Assembly (NCBI GenBank): GCA_037382425.1
Contig: JARRPY010000067.1
Span: 1-29,101 of the forward strand
Direction: 5' to 3'
DNA from: Deltaproteobacteria bacterium
Lineage (GTDB): Bacteria > Desulfobacterota > DSM-4660 > Desulfatiglandales > Desulfatiglandaceae
DNA: 29,101 nucleotides
The notes under the pieces were generated by a model. That model searched no databases. It was not told the origin of the DNA and was given only the letters and a program-made list of their open reading frames with translations. Made by a program: the position numbers and the translations under genes. Shown in pieces: positions 25,645-29,101 of this stretch (its first letter is position 1; each line of letters begins with the position of its first letter).

Positions 25645-26418
25645 TCATGGCTCGGATGAAGCGGTGGGGGTGAGGCCCGTTCGGTAGGTGGATCGGAGAA
25701 TGGCCACGCTGACCAGGGCAAACGGGACGAGTGCCAGTTCCACCCACCACATGGAGATTTGATCCAGCTTTCCGGAGACGTGTGCGGCCCCGGCCACTGT
25801 GTCGAGGAGAGCGAACAGGAGGAATCCACCCCACACCCTCCAAGATCTATGCATCACCGCTCCCAATAGGACCAGTGAGCGGGATGCGGCATGGCAGGGT
25901 ATGGCGATGAGTCTCTCAACCGGGGCAATGAGCCAGAAGAGTGGGGTGGTGGCTGCCAGGCCTTCAATGCCCTTGCGAACCTGTTCCGCGGCCCCCATGC
26001 CCAATAAAGAGGCCATGATGGTGCATAGGCTGATGAGCCCCAACAAGAGTGCCTCAAAAGCCCCTGCGCCTACACCGATGCCTATGGCTCTATTGAAGTC
26101 CGATCCAAGCTTTCTCCAGACGAGCACCGCCGCCAGAGTCACGCCTATTTCACACAGACTGGACTGAATCCCCAAGAACAGCCCGCCGCTCAATAAGAAA
26201 TAAGGATAGGACAATTGTCCATTCAAGAAACCGATGACGGCTTGGTTCGTTAATAGCGTGAAAACCAGTTTCAAGCCTACCCCGACGGTCCACAGCGCAG
26301 CCCCGATCCAGAACCATCGTAGCTGAACCGCGGACAACCAACGCCAGAAGACCACCGATGCCGTGGCAATGATGATCATGCCGAAGGCGGGAATAAGAGA
26401 CAGGGTGACGGAGTCCAT
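25645..26418 (-). CDS. YhfC-family (PrsW-like) intramembrane metalloprotease
   Basis: Multi-TM protein with GIGVGAGAFEA, ER..AIPCH and a late TM segment. Confidence 0.75.
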   Translation of the reverse strand: MDSVTLSLIPAFGMIIIATASVVFWRWLSAVQLRWFWIGAALWTVGVGLKLVFTLLTNQAVIGFLNGQLSYPYFLLSGGLFLGIQSSLCEIGVTLAAVLVWRKLGSDFNRAIGIGVGAGAFEALLLGLISLCTIMASLLGMGAAEQVRKGIEGLAATTPLFWLIAPVERLIAIPCHAASRSLVLLGAVMHRSWRVWGGFLLFALLDTVAGAAHVSGKLDQISMWWVELALVPFALVSVAILRSTYRTGLTPTASSEP

Positions 26419-26596
26419 TTTTGCGCCTCATTAGATTTTTCAACAGGATAGATTATTTTCAAGTCAATGGCTACCCCTGTGGAGGAATCCTGCACAGCAG
26501 GCAGACCTGAGGACTTCACACGATATTTCAAATGTGCTAAATATTCATGAAATGGACAGATAGGATGGCCCAAATATGCCATAACACGGAGGACCC

Positions 26597-27583
26597 ATGC
26601 TGACATCCAAGGAAGAAACCCTCATCGCATCGTGGCAGGAAACCCTTTCCTGTGATATTCCCATCACGTGCCGTGTTTCTAGAGATGAGCGTAGCGATGT
26701 ATTCAGATCATTCTGCGAAGCTTTGTCGCATCTGGCGCCCGCCGTGAGCGTGACCTACGACAAGGATGATGGAGAAGACCTGCCCGGAATTGAGGTGAGA
26801 GAACGCCTGGTGTATCATGCCGTGCCCCATGGCCTTGAACTCGCCCCTTTTCTGGATCTTCTTTCCAGTATGATTTCAGCGCCATTGCCACTTCCTGAGG
26901 CGGTTGTTTCCCGGTTGGAACAACTCCATACCCCCAGCCCGCTAACGCTTTTTATTTCTCCCGAATGCCCGTTCTGTCCGCAAAGCGTCAAAGACCTGGT
27001 GCTCCTGCCGCTAACAAATCCGTGGATCGACCTGAAGATTGTGGACGGGACACTTTTTCCGGAACTGGCCGAAGCGTCAGATGTTCAAGCCACGCCCACC
27101 TTGGTGTATGATGGGCGCGTGAGATGGACAGGGCATGTGCCGGTGGAGGAAATTATGGAGGTCGTTCTCAATCAGGATCCCTCGCTCTTGAGCGCCACCG
27201 CCATGGAGGGCCTCTTGGGAGAGGGAAAAGCGGATTTTCTGGCCGAGATGATGATAGAAGAGGGCCGCCTGTTCCCCGCCCTTTATGAACTCCTGACCCA
27301 CGACAAGTGGCCGGTTCGGCTGGGGGCTATGGTGGCCATGGAGGAGATCGCCGAACACGATCCGAACCTGGCCCGTGACGCCGTTCCGGTGCTCTTGGAG
27401 CGTTTCTCCGGCCTAAATGAAACGGTACAAGGGGATGTGCTGTACATCCTCGGACAGGCTGGAAACCGGGACATCCTGCCGTGGTTGAAAACGGTGCTCT
27501 CAGGACCCTCCGGAGCGGACGTAAAGGAAGCGGCAAAAGAGGCCATGGATGCCATTCTGGCAAAGGGAAACAGAACGAAATAG
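26597..27583 (+). CDS. Thioredoxin-fold (AhpF-NTD/PDO-like) protein with C-terminal HEAT repeats
   Basis: GGAGG RBS, VPHGLEL, CPFCP, VQATPT, then WPVRLGAM..VQGDVLYILG..VKEAAKEA. Confidence 0.8.
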   Translation: MLTSKEETLIASWQETLSCDIPITCRVSRDERSDVFRSFCEALSHLAPAVSVTYDKDDGEDLPGIEVRERLVYHAVPHGLELAPFLDLLSSMISAPLPLPEAVVSRLEQLHTPSPLTLFISPECPFCPQSVKDLVLLPLTNPWIDLKIVDGTLFPELAEASDVQATPTLVYDGRVRWTGHVPVEEIMEVVLNQDPSLLSATAMEGLLGEGKADFLAEMMIEEGRLFPALYELLTHDKWPVRLGAMVAMEEIAEHDPNLARDAVPVLLERFSGLNETVQGDVLYILGQAGNRDILPWLKTVLSGPSGADVKEAAKEAMDAILAKGNRTK

Positions 27584-27627
27584 GTTCCCGGCCAAAACGC
27601 AAAAAGGACAGAAAGGGGTCCACAATC

Positions 27628-28422
27628 ATGAAAATCGACGTTAACGGGATTCACATCAACACCGAAATCTCAGGGAAAAAAGATGCACCGGCAGTGGTCT
27701 TGAGCCACTCGTTGAGCTCAGGAATCGTCATGTGGAGCCCTCAGCTCGAGGCACTGGAACCGCGGTATCGCGTGGTTCGCTATGACATGCGGGGTCACGG
27801 CCAAAGCGACGCGCCGGAAGGTGCCTACAGCCTGGACATGCTGGCAACGGATGTGGTGCGCCTGCTGGATGCGCTGGGGATGGACCGGGTCCATTTCGTG
27901 GGGTTATCCATCGGGGGGATGATCGGTCAGTGCCTCGCGCTGACCCATGGCGATCGGCTCAAGAGCCTGGTTTTGTGCGATACGGCCGCGGTGATTTCCG
28001 AGGAGGCTCGACCGCTATTTGAAGAGAGAAAACGAATGGCCCTGGAACAGGGAATGAAGGCCCTGGTGGATGGGACCCTGGCCCGATGGTTCACCGCCCC
28101 CTATTTGAAGGCGAATCCGCCGGCGGTCGAAATGATTCGGAACCAAATCCTGGCCACACCGGTAGCGGGCTATCTCGGATGCAGTGATGCCATACTGGGG
28201 TTGGATTTCATGGATCGGCTGAAGGAAATCGAACTGCCCACATTGATCATGGTGGGCGAAGAGGATCCGGGAACACCGGTGGCTGCCTCCGAAGCCATCC
28301 AAAAGAGAATTCCCAATGCCATGCTGAAGGTACTCCCATCCGCCGCGCACCTTTCCAATATTGAACAGGCTCAGGCATTTAACGCCCACCTGTCGGGGTT
28401 TTTGGATGCACAATCGGTGTGA
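27628..28422 (+). CDS. pcaD: 3-oxoadipate enol-lactonase-like alpha/beta hydrolase
   Basis: LSHSL, RYDMRGHG, GLSIGG nucleophile, RWF, GY..C, GEED, AHLSNIEQ. The substrate is not proven. Confidence 0.78.
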   Translation: MKIDVNGIHINTEISGKKDAPAVVLSHSLSSGIVMWSPQLEALEPRYRVVRYDMRGHGQSDAPEGAYSLDMLATDVVRLLDALGMDRVHFVGLSIGGMIGQCLALTHGDRLKSLVLCDTAAVISEEARPLFEERKRMALEQGMKALVDGTLARWFTAPYLKANPPAVEMIRNQILATPVAGYLGCSDAILGLDFMDRLKEIELPTLIMVGEEDPGTPVAASEAIQKRIPNAMLKVLPSAAHLSNIEQAQAFNAHLSGFLDAQSV

Positions 28423-28451
28423 AGGCCTGATTGGGTGCGATATCTTCACCC

Positions 28452-28609
28452 TTGATAATCCCCAAAAAGTATGTTTTCGCGCAGAGACGCGGGGACGCAG
28501 AGAAAAAACTTTATTAATTTTAAAGACTTGTCTTTGCGGCCTTGTTCACCCCGTAGGTCCGGAAGATCGTACCGGGGCGTGAGATATTGACTTTTTACGA
28601 GTGCATCAA
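28452..28609. mobile_element. MITE-like non-coding element (158 bp) with imperfect terminal inverted repeats
   Basis: Left end TTGATAATCCCCAAAAAGT; right end (reverse complement) TTGATGCACTCGTAAAAAGT. Internal 3x8-mer CGCAGAGA-type repeat and CACCCCG..CGGGG hairpin. Confidence 0.45.
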
Positions 28610-29100
28610 CCTTGGGAAATCACCAGAGCCAGTTTGCCCAGGCTCAGCCCCGACTCGATGGCCTGATGGGCCCGGGCCACTTCCTCAAAGGGGAATGACT
28701 GCACCGGCATGGCCGGGAGGCGGCCGTCGGCATCCCACAAAAGGAGTTGATCCATGATGTCGCGGAAGAGCGAGACCCGCTCGAAAAGATAGATGAGATT
28801 GAATCCGCTGATGGTGCGGTTGGACCCGGTGAGCTCGAAGGGATTGAAGCGGGGCGTCCGAAGATAATACCAGAGGAGTTTGAGCGGGTTCTTTCGGCCG
28901 GAATGGGAAAACATGGAGGCGAATCCGTAGATCAACAGGCGCCCGCCCGGACTCAGGTGGCGAAAGGATCCTTTCAGTGTGGCCGCGCCATTGGCGTCCA
29001 GGATGACGTCATACCCCTCAGGACGGATCTGTCCGGCGCGGGCCCACAAGTTCTCCCTGCTCTTGTCGATCACTTCCGCGGCCCCTGCCGCGCGCGCGGC
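28606..29100 (-). CDS. MDR-family (VAT-1/quinone oxidoreductase-like) protein, C-terminal part, truncated at window end
   Basis: Frame is open to the window edge: AAGAAEVIDKS..GYDVILDANG..LSPGGRLLIYG..FPFEEVARAHQAIESG..GKL. Confidence 0.85.
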   Translation of the reverse strand, partial: AARAAGAAEVIDKSRENLWARAGQIRPEGYDVILDANGAATLKGSFRHLSPGGRLLIYGFASMFSHSGRKNPLKLLWYYLRTPRFNPFELTGSNRTISGFNLIYLFERVSLFRDIMDQLLLWDADGRLPAMPVQSFPFEEVARAHQAIESGLSLGKLALVISQG

Positions 29101-29101
29101 C

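Overview
A 29.1 kb bacterial window, probably from an anaerobic Desulfobacterota (Deltaproteobacteria)-like genome; this is inferred from gene content and repeat style. In order it holds: the 3' end of a GT9 glycosyltransferase; a CDF transporter fused to a NifB/NifX-type domain; a minus-strand cluster of three class III cyclase-family genes; amtB-glnK with a sigma54-type promoter; a URO-D/MtaA + pterin-binding + B12-binding methyltransferase fusion followed by a RACo-type activator and a GNAT; DUF1566 and MBL-fold genes; abfD; and a TetR regulator with two copies of a palindromic operator. In the cyclase cluster, one zinc ribbon-cyclase-STAND-TPR gene is intact, one hydrolase-cyclase is broken, and one paralog is internally deleted. 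The rest of the window holds a WxxGxW-repeat gene, SPOR-NlpC/P60 and VanX-type cell-wall enzymes, HAD, SDR, YhfC, thioredoxin-HEAT, PcaD-like and MDR genes, plus a REP-like and a MITE-like element. No tRNA, rRNA, CRISPR array, transposase or integrase was seen. The best leads are (1) the MetH-like fusion plus activator, a condensed methyl-transfer system, (2) the cyclase cluster with non-canonical base-specifying residues, (3) the TetR operator pair, and (4) several apparent internal deletions. The deletions may be real decay or assembly artefacts, and one may have created the fusion in (1).
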